Assembly: GCA_965649765.1 (NCBI GenBank)
Contig: OZ287751.1
Coordinates: 61,752,001-61,816,000, forward strand
Length of the DNA: 64,000 nucleotides
Origin: Bispira polyomma
Taxonomy: Eukaryota
Direction: 5' to 3'
A program made the translations under genes and the position numbers. How positions within the stretch are numbered: the first letter of the stretch is position 1; every line of letters starts with the position of its first letter. The notes under the pieces were generated by a model. The model did not search any database, had not been told where the DNA came from, and was given only the letters and a program-made list of their open reading frames with translations. This document shows, in pieces, positions 1 to 13,289 of this stretch.

Positions 1-713
1 TCGTTCCCAAAGCAGACATCCTGAAGACGTTGCCAGACGTACAGGCAAGGGTCAACGAGAGGCTAGCCGAGTACAACCTCCAGGCCCAGGCCGTATTTAC
101 CCAAGGTAAGGCTGCTCTCAGACAGAAGTCAGGGAGATTTAATACTACAGACATACCGAACAGCAACCCGAAGACTAGGTGGGCAAACGAGGGGTGGACG
201 GGTACTTCTTCGCGTAAACAACCACCTTATGATGAGTTGTCGCTTCCTCAGTGGGCATCTGGCCAGTTGGCCAATACTCTCCAGGTCACGGACCCTCTGG
301 TCTCGAGAGAAATTATACAGCAGGTCATTCTATCCCTCAGGGACGCCGCGTCACTACCATGGGAGGTCGTCCGAACGGCCTGGGCATTAAACATGACCGA
401 GATTGAAGAAGATAGATTGTCCTGGGGGGACACAACGCAGTGGGCCCTCAACAGGCTCAGTGCGTCACAGCTAGCTATGGTGAATTCTAAAACCACCAAT
501 GCTTCATCTACTCATGTCGGATCAACAGCCAAGGTCATTTGCAAATTGTATAACTCCGGAAAGTGTTCGCATAAAGCAGATCATAGCCAGTATAAGCATG
601 TGTGTTGGCACTGTGCTACCGTGCTTCACAAAGACGTATACCACCCAGAATTTAAGTGTTATAAGTCCAACTCAGCTAAACAGGCAGAATCAAGCTCTTC
701 TTCTACCCACTAG
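1..713 (+). CDS. gag: Gag-like protein of E1 (5'-partial)
   Basis: YDELSLPQW...W..MTEIEEDRLSW core and C-terminal CKLYNSGKC..H..YKHVCWHC..H Cys/His finger, homologous to gag of E2/E3/E5. Confidence 0.85.
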   Translation, partial: VPKADILKTLPDVQARVNERLAEYNLQAQAVFTQGKAALRQKSGRFNTTDIPNSNPKTRWANEGWTGTSSRKQPPYDELSLPQWASGQLANTLQVTDPLVSREIIQQVILSLRDAASLPWEVVRTAWALNMTEIEEDRLSWGDTTQWALNRLSASQLAMVNSKTTNASSTHVGSTAKVICKLYNSGKCSHKADHSQYKHVCWHCATVLHKDVYHPEFKCYKSNSAKQAESSSSSTH

Positions 714-1832
714 GACATTGACCAACTACCAGGACTAGGGACATCTTGTCATAACAGTGAAAGTAAGAATAAGTTAGAAGTATATGTAAAACAGAATTAT
801 GAAGACCAAGACATAACTAAAGCAGATAAGCATATGGTTTCATTGTTAAATAAGATGGAAAGTAATAATTCGTATATTTTTTCAAACAAACCTAAAAATG
901 TTAATGTGAATGTATTGTCACATGAAAGTGAAAATGTAAAAAATGTACACACTGTTAAACCGGAAATGTGTAAACCTAGCTTGTCAATTAGTACTGACAA
1001 AAAGAGCATTGATGATAGCCATATTGCAGTTAAAAATTATAATGTCATTAGATTGCCTAACAAGTTTGGAAAGGTGAAAAATTCATGCACTGCTAAAACG
1101 GCAATGTGTGATCCTAGCTTAACAGTTAGTATCGCCAAGAAGGTTAATAATAGTGAACCCATTGGGGTCAAGAAATGGAATGTTCAGCAATATATCAGGG
1201 CCAGTGTACTGGACTCGAGTACCAGTACTAGAATGTATACAGATGACAGTTGTGGTCAATTCACCAAATTTGGGGGCTTTTCTAAAAATAAAGATGATAT
1301 TAGGATAAATGGTCTAGATAATTCACACAGCGAAGTCCCTGTATTTTGGAGAAACAGAAATATTGGTGAACATTTAGAAAGAGAGAATAATAGAAATTTT
1401 ACAGTTAATGCTGATTTAATGCCAGGTATGGTACCCCAAATGAGGCAAAAGTAAAAGTTACCATCTCTACTACTAATTGGTTGTTTTACATGCCTCACAT
1501 TACACAAGGAATGCCTGTGGTTTTTGTGCAGTCTGAGCTGGCACATGTTTCTGGTTTTTACACCTCATGGGATGAGGACTTTGGGAAAAATTTCTACAGA
1601 TGTAAGAACCCACCAACTGGGGTAATGTCAGTGACCAGCATAGTCACAACTCAAATAGCTTTGGCTAATTTTAGGGATGATTTTCAAAACAGGAACAAGG
1701 TTGTAACAGTTACTGATGGTGACAAATGTAAAGCTAAGGATGCTTGGCATGATTTTCAAAAAGAAAAAAATGTATTGCAAAAACAATTTTTAAAAAGGTT
1801 ATACAGAATATGTAACAAATATCATTGACGAA
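714..1832 (+). pseudogene. Poorly conserved gag-pol linker coding region of E1 (ORF pieces 834-1454, 1481-1828)
   Basis: Frame stays open from the gag TAG to 1454 in the gag/pol frame; apparent frame breaks near 1454 and 1830. Confidence 0.5.
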
Positions 1833-3746
1833 ATGTTGTTAGACATAAATGTAAATAAAACATGTGTTGTCAGTAATGACAGACCAATGGAGGTTCAAAC
1901 CTGCCATAAAGGTAAAGTAGCGTCGTGCGATCTCTTCTTCCAAACTTTTGAACATTTCTCACAAATTACCACAAGTGCCACCATAGTGGATAAGGATATT
2001 AATTTCCCCAACAAAACTAAGGGTTTCTTGGCAATGTCAGAAACCAAGTTTAGTTTTATAGGACCTGACAGGGCCCCCATACACATTACTTCAATTAAGG
2101 AAATGTCTGAAATAGCACAAACCATTAGGGATACGGGATGTCCCAATTATAAGGGAGCAAGGATCCCCCTGGTATCAGGTCTTAACACCAAAGCATGGGA
2201 GGAAGTCCTTTTAAATTACCCAGATGAACTCTTACTACAGTATATCAAGTTTGGTTTTCCCCTCTCACTTACCTGTCCAAAGGATTTAAAGGTCAAGGAT
2301 ACCACCAATCACCATTCTGCACTTCAATTTAAGGACCACATAAGGCAATATTTAGAAAAAGAGAAACAGTGTGGGGCCATGTTAGGACCTAGTTTAGACA
2401 TTAAGGATGAATTATTTCACTGTTCTCCACTGCTCACCAGACCTAAGGACAATTCCAAAAGGCGTGTAATTTTAAACTTGTCTCACCCCAGTGGGGAATC
2501 ACTTAGTGACAATGTAAATAGGAAACAATTCGATGGAGTGGACTTCACCTTAAAATTTCCCACGATAGACGATATAGTAGAACAGATTCGTAAAACACAC
2601 ACTCCAAGTATCTTTAAACTGGACGTCGCGCGCGCTTTTAGAAATTTGAGGGTGGACCCAGTCGATGCCATGAAATTAGGAATCAAATTTGACGACCAAA
2701 AGTACATTGATCCGGCGATTGCGTTCGGCTGGGTCCACGGCTCGGCTGCTTTTCAGCGTTGCTTGGACGTTATAGCACACACCATGGAGAAGCACAACCA
2801 TAAGATCTTCTGTTATATCGACGATTATGTAGGCGTTTCTCCAGACTCGGAAGCAGAAGAAGCTTTTAACCAATTATATGAACTGGTTACCAAACTCGGT
2901 TTTCCGTTAAACCCAGAAAAAATTTCAAAACCAAGTTCAAAAGTCACCTGTCTTGGCATAGATATCGATATTCAGGCAGGCACTATAAGTATTACTCCCG
3001 AAAAAATACAGGAAACATATAACCTCTGTTTAGAAATAGTTAACAAAGTTTGGATATATAGAACTAAAATTCAATCAATATTGGGAAAATTGCTTTACAT
3101 CCATAAATGTGTAAAGCCTGCTCGAATGTTAATAAACAGACTTCTTATGGTGTTTCGGAATAACAGTCAAGCTAAACGATTTAAAACTTCGCATGACATG
3201 AAGGCTGACTTATTATGGTTCGTACAATTTCTACCACGCTATAATGGTATTACGTTCATCGATCCGGTAATTGCTAAGTATAAGGACGAGGTTTTTATTG
3301 ATGCATGCCTCACTGGCCTAGGGGCCATCTACACCAATGAGGTTTTCGCTACCCCATTATACAATATCCATAATAGGGCTTTATCTATCGTGCATATCGA
3401 AATGCTTAACATTCTATTAGCTTTAAGGGTCTGGGGTGAGCAGTGGAGTCATAGACGTATAATCATGAATTGTGACAACATGTCCGTTGTCCTGGTAGTT
3501 AGGTCCAATAAGACAAAAGACGATTTTCTTGCTTTATGTTTAAGGAATATCTGGCTAATCTCGGCTGTACATGATATTACAATCGAGATTCAGCACATTA
3601 AAGGTAAAGACAATGTAATTGCTGACCTCCTTTCAAGACTTTTTTCTGAGCAAGCCCCCCATAAGGGACAGTTGGAAATATTAAGGGATTCCTGTAAGTG
3701 GCACACCATTCCACTCCAGTACTTTAACCTAGACTTAAATATATGA
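1833..3746 (+). CDS. pol: Reverse transcriptase + RNase H of E1
   Basis: YIKFGFPL, RRVILNLS, KLDVARAFR, FGWVHGS, YIDD; RNase H DAC...E...CDN...ADLLSR. Confidence 0.95.
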   Translation: MLLDINVNKTCVVSNDRPMEVQTCHKGKVASCDLFFQTFEHFSQITTSATIVDKDINFPNKTKGFLAMSETKFSFIGPDRAPIHITSIKEMSEIAQTIRDTGCPNYKGARIPLVSGLNTKAWEEVLLNYPDELLLQYIKFGFPLSLTCPKDLKVKDTTNHHSALQFKDHIRQYLEKEKQCGAMLGPSLDIKDELFHCSPLLTRPKDNSKRRVILNLSHPSGESLSDNVNRKQFDGVDFTLKFPTIDDIVEQIRKTHTPSIFKLDVARAFRNLRVDPVDAMKLGIKFDDQKYIDPAIAFGWVHGSAAFQRCLDVIAHTMEKHNHKIFCYIDDYVGVSPDSEAEEAFNQLYELVTKLGFPLNPEKISKPSSKVTCLGIDIDIQAGTISITPEKIQETYNLCLEIVNKVWIYRTKIQSILGKLLYIHKCVKPARMLINRLLMVFRNNSQAKRFKTSHDMKADLLWFVQFLPRYNGITFIDPVIAKYKDEVFIDACLTGLGAIYTNEVFATPLYNIHNRALSIVHIEMLNILLALRVWGEQWSHRRIIMNCDNMSVVLVVRSNKTKDDFLALCLRNIWLISAVHDITIEIQHIKGKDNVIADLLSRLFSEQAPHKGQLEILRDSCKWHTIPLQYFNLDLNI

Positions 3747-4727
3747 TTTCAGGATCAAACCACATCACACAAAGATTCACAGACTCAGCATGGCAGAGGA
3801 TCGACTGTGCTTTGCGTCCAAAGACTACACAGACTTACAATAGCCAGTTTAGAACCTTCATCTCATTTACTTGCTATGCTGGGATAGAAGAAATTACCAC
3901 ACACTCATTGATTGCATTTCTAAAATACTTGGTACAAACAGGGGCGTCACCCAACATGGTTAATAACCATCTTGCAGTCATTAAACATATGGCCAAGAAG
4001 TTGTACTGGGATACAAAAATTTTTGAAAACAATACAGTGTCTATGTTTACTAGAAGCTTGACACATACATCACCATTTAGACCTTCACCTAAAGGAATTT
4101 TCCACATTGAACACTTATTACTGATCTCCAAAGCTTGTGATATTTTAAGAGACCCACCTCTATATAGGGCCAGTTTCATGCTAGCTTTCTTTGGATTCTT
4201 GAGAATATCCAATATAGTCCCTCATTCCAGATCCAAATTTGATCCAACTCGTCACTTTCTAAGGAAAGATATAATCTTTGGCCACCCAGGTGCACACTTC
4301 ATCTTGAAGTGGGCAAAGAATTTACAAATTAGATCACAGTTTCACATTATACAGATACCTTTATTGGACAACGTTTTACTATGTCCAGTCAAGGCCATAC
4401 AGACATTATTGAAATCTAGACCTCTGTCACCTGATGCCCCACTTTTCGTCAGTAGTACTTACCCACACCATCCAATTGTAGAAACACATGTGCGTTCTGC
4501 ACTAGCTTCAATACTTACACATGTGGGAATTCCCACCAAATAGTTTCCACACATTTAGAAGATCAGGGGCAACATATGCCTTTAATAATAACGTGTCACT
4601 TCAAAACATCATGGCACACGGCCTCTGGAGGTCATCTGCAGTCTGGTCATATTTGCATCAGAATTCTCAAGCAACTTCTGCTGTCCCTCTCACTTTCGCC
4701 TCCTCTATACCTAAACTTCCTTCCTAG
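3743..4727 (+). pseudogene. Tyrosine recombinase of E1, one frameshift near 4540
   Basis: FFGFLRISN (R), KWAK, CPV in ORF 3743-4543; FHTFRRSGAT, HGLWRSSAVWSY in ORF 4521-4727. Confidence 0.92.
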
Positions 4728-4924
4728 TTTGGCTTGGGTGATTTTAAATTACCTTGTATTTTAATAATTTATACCTATTTTACACCTACCTGTATATAGA
4801 TTTACTAACATGTACAGAATTTAAATAAATTCCTCAAACCATAGTTTCACTGTTTTCTGCTATACTTACCAGACTATCTTTCCACTACAACTTACCTTCT
4901 TTCCATTATACCAAGTAGAACTGC

Positions 4925-5028
4925 ATGTTGCCTAAGGATGTTATCCTACCTTAGCAGCCGGGACCGGGGATAGAACCGGAGACCTTCTGATCATCAGACC
5001 AACACCTTAACCACTATACCACGGGGGA
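4925..5028 (-). mobile_element. tRNA-derived SINE fragment
   Basis: Minus strand: A box TGGTATAGTGG, B-box-like GGTTCTATCCC, then TCCTTAGGCAA (CORE-like); acceptor stem does not pair. Confidence 0.65.
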
Positions 5029-6799
5029 TCACATATTAATGTAACTGTACATTATCCTACTGTGTCAATTAAAGATATTTTATTTATTTAGCTGGCTCAC
5101 TGAATTAATATTTTATCTTCTAAAGCATTTGTTCTCACAGAAGGGATCATCCTACAGGATGTCATTACTAACTATCGACAGGCAATGGCATGTTTACATA
5201 TTTTCCAAGGTTGTTTTCCCCAAGTTGAACCAGGAACTTTTTGATCACCAGATCAATTAACAACTACTTTATGGAATACCGAAGCTTTATTTAAAAAGTA
5301 CTTTATATGAGGCCGGTGTTCCCCACCTAAATTGTGTAAATACTATTAAAGAATGTATATATAACTCATTAGTGTTCACCAATGTATATATTGTGTATAT
5401 ATTTAAACTATCTTTTACTTGTGTTAAAATTGTCAGCTTAATAAACTGGCCATTTGAATCTATCACAGTTGTTTACTTTTGTATTAATATACATAAACAG
5501 CTAAAAAAGCTTTTGGTTGCACTGTTCAATCTAATAAATTTGATCAATAAATAATTTTACACAACATTGATCTGATTTGTTGTTTATTATATATCTAGAA
5601 AATGTGATGAAGCAAAATTACTGAAGACAATGACTTTCGCTTGTCAGGTGGATATTATCATCACAGATGTGCCTAGATTAGATTAATCATAGATTGCAAT
5701 ACTGAGGAGCAGCATCTTTGTCAGGGAAAAAATCCATTCATTGCTTCTTAACTATTTTTTTCCATCTGATTTTCTTCACAAGTAAAACTTGCAAACAAAA
5801 CCTAGAATATTTTGAGGGGGAGGGGGGGCAGATTTTTTGTAAAAGTTAAAATATCTGTTGCCACATGCGAGAACATTTTACATTTGGATTTTTTTGGGGA
5901 AAGGGAAATTACTACTTCTGAAATCTCTCAGGAACCTCAAGAGAAAACATTTTTATTAGCAAGAAAATAAAAAGTTTCCAAACATTTCAGATTAGGATTC
6001 TTTTCAGTTTAATATCACTTCAAAATAAATTTGTATTTTATCACACTTGAAAGTTTATTAGTAGAGGTAAGCAATACAGGGTAGATGGTCAATGTTTTAT
6101 GTACTGCACACAACAAGCCTTCAGCAAGTCTACTGCAAACTTTCCGACATGCAATTCTTGACCAAGATTTAAACCTACAACTATTGCTACAACGATTACG
6201 ATTAAAACAACGAGTACAAAAAAATCCCTACCTTTTACAAAATATACAAGATATATATATAATGCCTATATTAAAGAAAACATTGCGGACTGTGGATCTC
6301 ACACAAATGAGATCTCATTCTTTGCGCGATCTGGACAAGACTTAGTGTATTGACAAAACGCACCCGAAACAAGAGTAAACTTGTGCATTTCCTGCTGAAC
6401 AGGCATATTATTATAACGGCTATTAATATGATATGATGTAGTCTTTAGTTAGACTGAATCTTACTTAATTTTGTTTTTACTATTTTTCTTTTTCCTAAAA
6501 CAAATGGCTTATCAATTAAATATTAGATCATTTATATAGTTAAGCAACTACTCATTTCCAATTATCAGCAGTTTTTATGTTGGAAAATACATCTTAAACC
6601 ATTTTATTGACAGAGTGCTTGACATTAAGTTGAAACATCACACTTGTGGACAAGTTTCACTGGTAGCTGAAAAAAACCTTAGACTACTAGCTAACCATGG
6701 ATTTCAATGAAAACAGTGAAAGATAGAGATAAAAAGACAAAAATGATTATTGTAAAAAAGGCAAAAAAGACAATATAAAAGTTCATCTAATGTCCAAAT

Positions 6800-7900
6800 T
6801 TCAACCATAAAGAGACATGCATGTAGTGCTGATCATATTGAGTGTAAAAAACTTGTGATCTGCTTGCGAGGGTCAAAAAATTCTGAAAATTTGACATTTC
6901 TGATTTAGATGAACCAAAGCTAAAAGTATCTAAACAAGATATGAATCTCTGATAAAGGTGACCTCCTAAGTATTAAGAGAATAGCTTGGGATAGTGCCAC
7001 TAATATAGCACAGCCAGAAGTCTAAAGAAGGTCATAGCTCAGGATGTTACAGCATCAGAATTTTTCAGGGGATAATGATCGATGAATCCCAAGGACTCAC
7101 AGTAGATAAAAATAAATTGTGCTTGCATCAGATATGTCAAAGTTGGAGAACTATTTACCAAGAATCTTAAACGTATCAAAATTGACGACGGAAAGGCAAA
7201 CACAATTATGCCAATTTTAGCAGATATCATTTCTAAAGCCAACTTAGAAGATATCATTTCTGAAGACAACTTAAGAGTTGAGTGATATGGTTAGACTGGG
7301 CTACAGATGGTGCTGCAACTATGACAAGCTGCAAAAACTGCGTTGGGATACAGTGCAAAACTAAATATTCTCCATTTGTTGTGATAACATACTGTTTTGA
7401 CTAAATATAGCTTGTTTAGATGCAGTTAAAGGTATAAAAACACTTGAAACATTAAAATCCAGATTTAACACTCTATTTTATCACTTTCATAGTTCAGCAG
7501 TTTATATTGCCAAATTAAAAAACCCACACTTTTAAACAATGCTGGAATATTTAGAACTTAAAATAATTTAAGAGCCTCATTTTATCAGATGGCTTGGGTT
7601 AAAAACGCAGTTGAAGTACTGCATAAATCATATCCTTCTGTTACGCCTGCTGAGATTATGGGATTTAAATCCAACTGCCCTAGTGTTTGCACTCCTTTTT
7701 TGTAAAGGAGAAAAATGCCCTGCGGACAGCTTTTATTTATGATGTGCATTTAAGCCTCACAATACTCAGCCATCAGCTCCAAAATGAATACATTGGTTTC
7801 TTTGAGGTCAAACTATAGATAGATGCTACTATTACTGCACTCAAAAGCTTTGCCAATGGTGGTAAAAATTTTAAAGGCTTATTAAATTATCTCTGTAGTC
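6800..7900 (+). pseudogene. Decayed hAT (ZNF862-like) transposase
   Basis: Translated patches IMIDES (~7072), ATDGAATMTSCKN (~7300) and RWLG (~7587), in hAT order, with many stops and frameshifts. Confidence 0.7.
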
Positions 7901-9409
7901 TTTAGCTCCCCAAGCAACAGAATCCTGAAGCTATTAGTAATTTGTAAGTCAATTTACATTGACATATTTCCTTTCGTCTAAACTAATGTTGTTTATAATT
8001 AATTTTGGCGACCTTGGTTGGTGACTGTTCCCCCCCCCACCCCACCCCCTCCCACCCCACCCCCCCCACCCCCAGCCCACCTGGGTTTTTATTTTGTGTG
8101 TGACTGTGTTTTATAGAAGAAGTTTTGTTTTCAGGTATAACAATAGGCGGTGTGTTACAAATCTACTCTCCTCATTGACTCTACCAATAAACTTAGCCAT
8201 TGTGATATGACCTAAGTAAGCTGTTGTAAGACCACTGTCATCTGGAGCACTGTGTACTGTGTATTTATTTGTTCATTATACCAATACATTTACAAACTAC
8301 ATGCTTATAGTTTATATTGCACTATACTTCATGTGGTTACAACACATGCTTTTTAAATGGTCTTTCTTAATGACTATCTAGAAAAGGGTGACATGGGAAT
8401 TACTAATAAAAGAAATGGAAGCTAGAGCAAATCATCCTATAATTTGCTAATAAAAAGGTTTTCAGCTAAGAAAAAAAAAGTCAATTTGGTAGTTTTTTTC
8501 TTCAAATTACTAGTCACTGCAGCATGTCACACAAAGGGCATCGAATTATTTAACCTCCAGTAATACCCTTTGCTTTTAAGGCTTTTTTTTTAGGGTTTCT
8601 CGATTTCATGAAATTGAAGAATATAAAATATAAAATTTCAGTTTGCAAATAACTCTAACCTACTATCCTTATAATATTGATTGCATGGTCTTTGGGAAGA
8701 AGTCTGGGATGAGGTAATAGGTGTATATATATATATAGAGAGATATGATCACTGAATGTTAAGGGTGAACTTAGAATACTATAAATATGAAAGTATAACT
8801 TCAGTTTTTATTGTGGCGTAACACGTCCAGATTCCACGTCACGTGGCTACTTTAGCAGGCTTCCCTCATTCTCGTGATCAGAATAATGAAGCTATCTATT
8901 TTTAAAAGTTCACTGGGGATACTGCACTAGGTGAAACTTTACAACATACGATCAACTAAATAATCGTTTAACTGGCTGAAGTACTATCGATAGGGGGATT
9001 TGTTTTCCTGATTAAAGAGGGGTGTACATCAACTCTATCTGTTGTTTTATTTTGATTTATTATCACAATTGTCCCATCGGATTCCTTATTTATGGTAACA
9101 TAAGGATTTGACATAGGCTCCAGTTTAAGCTTAGGTTTTATTACAATTTGTGTACACAGATCTGCCTCTAATTGATTGACGTCCCCAAAAGTAAAGCATA
9201 GGAAATAACATGCCTCTCACAGGACCTCCCCCCTCCCCCTCGAAATTGTCTCCATTTATTTTCGCACTCATCTAACATTCAAAAATAAACTTATTCAATC
9301 AATTTACACGGACGATGAATATATATATCCAACTTTACATATAACATTTACAAACTATTAATGGAAGTGATTAAATACAGCCTTCCACCATCTTATCCTT
9401 AGATGGGTG

Positions 9410-9586
9410 CTCGGGAAAAAACATGGTGGAAAAAGTTATGTTGAAAAAAAAGGCATGATGGATAAAGGCAGAGTCTGTTTTTAAAGAATTAGAAAAAAGC
9501 ATGGTGCTTTATAACTTAATATATCAACATCCACATGCCTTATTTCCACCATGCCTTTTTTCTACCATACCTTTTTCCCCGAATTC
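9410..9586. mobile_element. Palindromic MITE-like element
   Basis: Left arm repeats of GGCATG(G/A)TGGA-like units after CGGGAAAAAA; right arm TCCACCATGCC-like units ending TTTTTCCCCGA. Confidence 0.6.
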
Positions 9587-10154
9587 CCTTAAATGATAGC
9601 GGTTCAAATTTATATTCAATACACCTACATTCAATCTACCCACATCTTAAACTGAGTTTTCTGTCGTTGTTAACCTAACACAGCAGTTTACAATATGCTA
9701 GACAAGGGGAAATAGAAGTCAATATTTTAAAATAATGATTAATTAATTATTTTTAGGTTGGCCATAAGTTCAAATCATGTGTACGGCTATTGTATTAATC
9801 ATTATAACCACAAACTACATGGAAAAATGATTCATTTTGTCTGTTATATGTGTCGTTACACAGTTACAATGATGTGCTCTCGGTCCCTCTCCATGCATAC
9901 ATCACTTCAGCAAAGCATTTTCGAGGACAGAAACCTCGGTCTACCTATATCTGGTATCCAAAACATTAATTAACATTTTAGTCAACGTCTAGATGTCTGT
10001 CTGGGATGCTTGGATGGCTTTTAAATCAAATTATGCAAAAGGGTTAAATATGTTTTATAATTGCTTCAAATATATAACCAAAGCACACCAAACCAAAGGA
10101 TTTATGTTGATTGCACTACATAGAAAGTGATGCCTATAAACACACAAACAATAA

Positions 10155-10385
10155 TCTATACTCTTTTTTCATTGTTTTTACTACAACGAAAGACCGCAAC
10201 CAAGAGTATGAATCTATGATTAATTATCTAAAGGATTAAGGAAAAAATTTGTATGCATAATAGACGGCAAATATTTACACTATCTAGGGTAGATAAATCC
10301 CTCTGTTTACAAAATAGAGCATATCTATATAGGGCCACTAAATGACGGAAAATGAAACTTAAATTCTGTTACAGGTAGCTCTGGA
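10155..10385 (+). repeat. Dispersed ~230-bp repeat, inverted partner at 13290-13512
   Basis: TGTATGCATAATAGACGGCAAATATTT...GATAAATCCCTCTGT...TATAGGGCCACT matches the reverse complement of 13330-13415. Confidence 0.75.
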
Positions 10386-11542
10386 TGAGTTTATACCCAC
10401 AGGTATGTTTCAAAGTAAACATTTTTAATGATTTAATGTAAATGTTTACGAATTGCTACATCCCAGGGAAAAAATATTTATTAATAATAACATCATCAGT
10501 TTACTGTAAATGGCTACACAAATACTAAAAAATTGCAATAAATGTGTCCAGAGATGACTGAAATGAAGTATAATAATGTTGGACCGACATAGGACTATAA
10601 ATCAGTAGAACTAAATTTTACTCCACGAAAAAAATAGTTACTTTTTGTTATTCTTTTTTTATAATATTTGTGGCATTCTTATGAGTAAGTTCTGTTTCTT
10701 CAACCAAATACTCCGATGGGACATGTTACTATACAGCAGTAATACCCTTCAGAATTAGGCTGTGGGATATTATTAGCAACACTTATGTGTTATGTATGTA
10801 TAATTCATTATTAAGTTGATTTCTCCTGAGATGAATATGATCACAGAACAAACATCTTATAACTGACTGTATTAAGAAAGACAGACATGTACTTTCTTTG
10901 TAAAAATGAATAAAAACCTATTCACCTGACCTGGATAAAAAAAATGATTTGGATTAGTTCACTCTATCAGGTTGTTGGATCTTATCTCTCCTCAAACTGA
11001 CTCAGCAAATGCTCTAAACCGGAGTTCTATCACAAAAGTACATAGTTGCCCATGAATACCAATATCTTGCACAAAATACAAAAAAATGTGTAGAAAATTA
11101 AGGAAAATAATGAAATGGTGGCTATTGGCAGGCATAAAAACCAAGGCCATTTTCTATTTTTTTATTTTCTTCTTTCAATAAATATTTGCCAGACATTTAG
11201 AGATAGGGTAAACTAGTCATATGATTTTGGTTGTTTTCGACCTTATCTCGCCACTAGCCAGAGCTATGTAAGCAGATGGTCTATCATTGATGTAAATAGT
11301 ATAGTAGTTGTTACCCATGGAACTCCATGCAGGGCTAGAACAGATCTAGGGATGCATAGCTATACTAACTGATGTAATTTGATACAGGAGTAGCAGAAAC
11401 CTTTTACACAAGACCTTTGGTTCTTTAACTCTATCTTTTTGATCATTGCTCTGCCAAATACTCTGGTCAAAGATTTTTATTTTAAAAGGAATTGAGTGGA
11501 AAGACATATACTTTTTCTATCTCTGCCAAAAAAACATTATTG

Positions 11543-12075
11543 CACTGTCTAAGTTCTCGCCATGTTTATACCAGTTTACTCCCGATAATTAGAACTTGGA
11601 ATGAATGGCGGGGAAAATGTTTATTTGCATTTGCATATTCTTTGCACCCCCCCCCCCCCCTTTATGCCCAGTATTGACCAGATCTCTCCAGTTTATGACG
11701 AATTTATGCTCAAACCTGACCAGATCTAAGCAGTTCATCACACGTTCATGTAACGTTTGCTCCAGATTACACCAAATTACTCTAGTTCTGGCCATATCAC
11801 ACAAGTTCTAAGCAGTTTAAGCCCCTTTCACACAAGTTCTGAGCAGTTTTAGCCCCGTTTATGCCCTGTTTATGTCCTGGTCAAACTCTTTTCTCCAGTT
11901 TTCTCAAGATGTGCTTTTAGGACAGACCACCAAGGGAAGTTTAGAACATGTTCAAAATTTCTGGCTCTGCCTCGTGTTTTTGCCGATATCACCTGTTTAT
12001 GCCTAGTTTATGCCCAGATGTTAAACGTTTAATCCAGTTCACACAGGTTCTCAGAATGGGGCTCGAATGGTCCAA
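11543..12075 (+). mobile_element. Non-autonomous DNA-element family copy (partners 31735-32265 and 29905-29978, inverted)
   Basis: Collinear reverse-complement similarity over ~530 bp, e.g. CCAGTTTACTCCCGAT(A/C)ATTAGAACTTGG; parallel ORF-track peptides FKI.GSAS..CR.H.FMPSLCPD. Confidence 0.75.
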
Positions 12076-13289
12076 AGAACGTGGACTATCTGATTGCCGT
12101 TTAACAAGGATAAATTCCTTGGGCAAGATGTGAACATACCATTACCTACTGATGACAATCAATGGTATGTTGTAGGGGCTAATCCTTATGTGAGAACAAT
12201 CGCCTTTGACGATGAAATATCCATCAGTGACTATAGAAGTGCTTCAAATAAATCAATAAAATAAATATATTATAGTTTATTTCTTTTGTTTTATATACAA
12301 AAACTTACTTTCTTAAAATTTGCATACTTTTTTTCAACAAAAAGCCGAGATCAATTGGTCTGCATTCCAAGACATGGCTCCAGTCTGAAGTTGCCATGGA
12401 TGCAAAATCAGTTGCATTATCATTTTATGCAAATTAATTTATGTGTAGAAGATTTTTTAACATCACAAGAGGAAGCAGCTGTCAGACTCAAGACTAATAG
12501 TAAGCTAAAGAGATCTCCAGAAATTGGACTATCTTGACATTTTCATGAGAGAAGAAGATGTAGGAAATTGCTGACATGCGTGTCAGATAAAGAAGGAATG
12601 ACAAGGAGTAGTAAAAAAGAGACTCAAATCAATAAGACATACAACAACAATATATTTTTTTAGAGATAGTAGAACTTGATCTGTATGATTATCTACCGGT
12701 GTCGATGCCAGAAGTAGTCTGTGGTGTGTGTTTTAGTGACTCAAGCTATCTGTAACCTAGTACACAAGACATTTCCTTCAGTTCTCGGCGATAGTTTTAT
12801 CTTGGGGTTGCAAGGGTTAAGAATCTTTACTTTAAAACATACCTATGGGTTTACACCCATTCAAGACCACTGTATTGAGGCTCGTGTTGGTACAGCCATA
12901 TGAAACTGTGAATCATATATAAACAACCTTAATTTTAGGAGGACAGTCCTCTTTTTCTGTTAAATTAGTGTATTGTTATAGTTTTAATTGCTAGTTATGG
13001 TTTTACTAGCGTAATTTTGTGTTTAAACTTTTACATATAGGGCTAGTCCCGTACGAGTTATAAATTATTAACTTGAATATTTCTTAGTATTTTAGGTCCG
13101 CTTCAGTAGGCTTTATCATTGTTTCATGTAACAGTGGGGTTATTTTAACATGCTAATATCTTACAATTTTAACCTACTTTTGTTACTACAAATTGTGATA
13201 CTGTATATATTACTATTCTCGTAAAAAGAAATCTGCAAACTATATCTTTTACTACCTTCAAGGTCACCTTTTACCAAAGTAGATATATT

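Larger units (their letters stand above)
1..4900 (+). mobile_element. YR retrotransposon E1 (Ngaro/DIRS group), 5' end outside window, 3' terminus incomplete
   Basis: Order gag-like ORF, RT/RNase H ORF, tyrosine recombinase ORF; no DAM-methyltransferase domain between RNase H and YR; no second terminal repeat copy seen. Confidence 0.93.

Noticed and set aside
3743-4727. Phage integrase, integron or bacterial retron interpretation of RT plus YR
   Set aside because: Gag, RNase H, split direct repeats, TATA/AATAAA signals and SINE/LINE surroundings identify eukaryotic YR retrotransposons
4955-5028. tRNA gene on minus strand
   Set aside because: A and B boxes are present but the acceptor stem does not pair, and the sequence continues into a SINE body
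12139-12230. Hammerhead-like CTGATGA...GAAA
   Set aside because: Flanking helices could not be formed; lies in a SINE-like fragment
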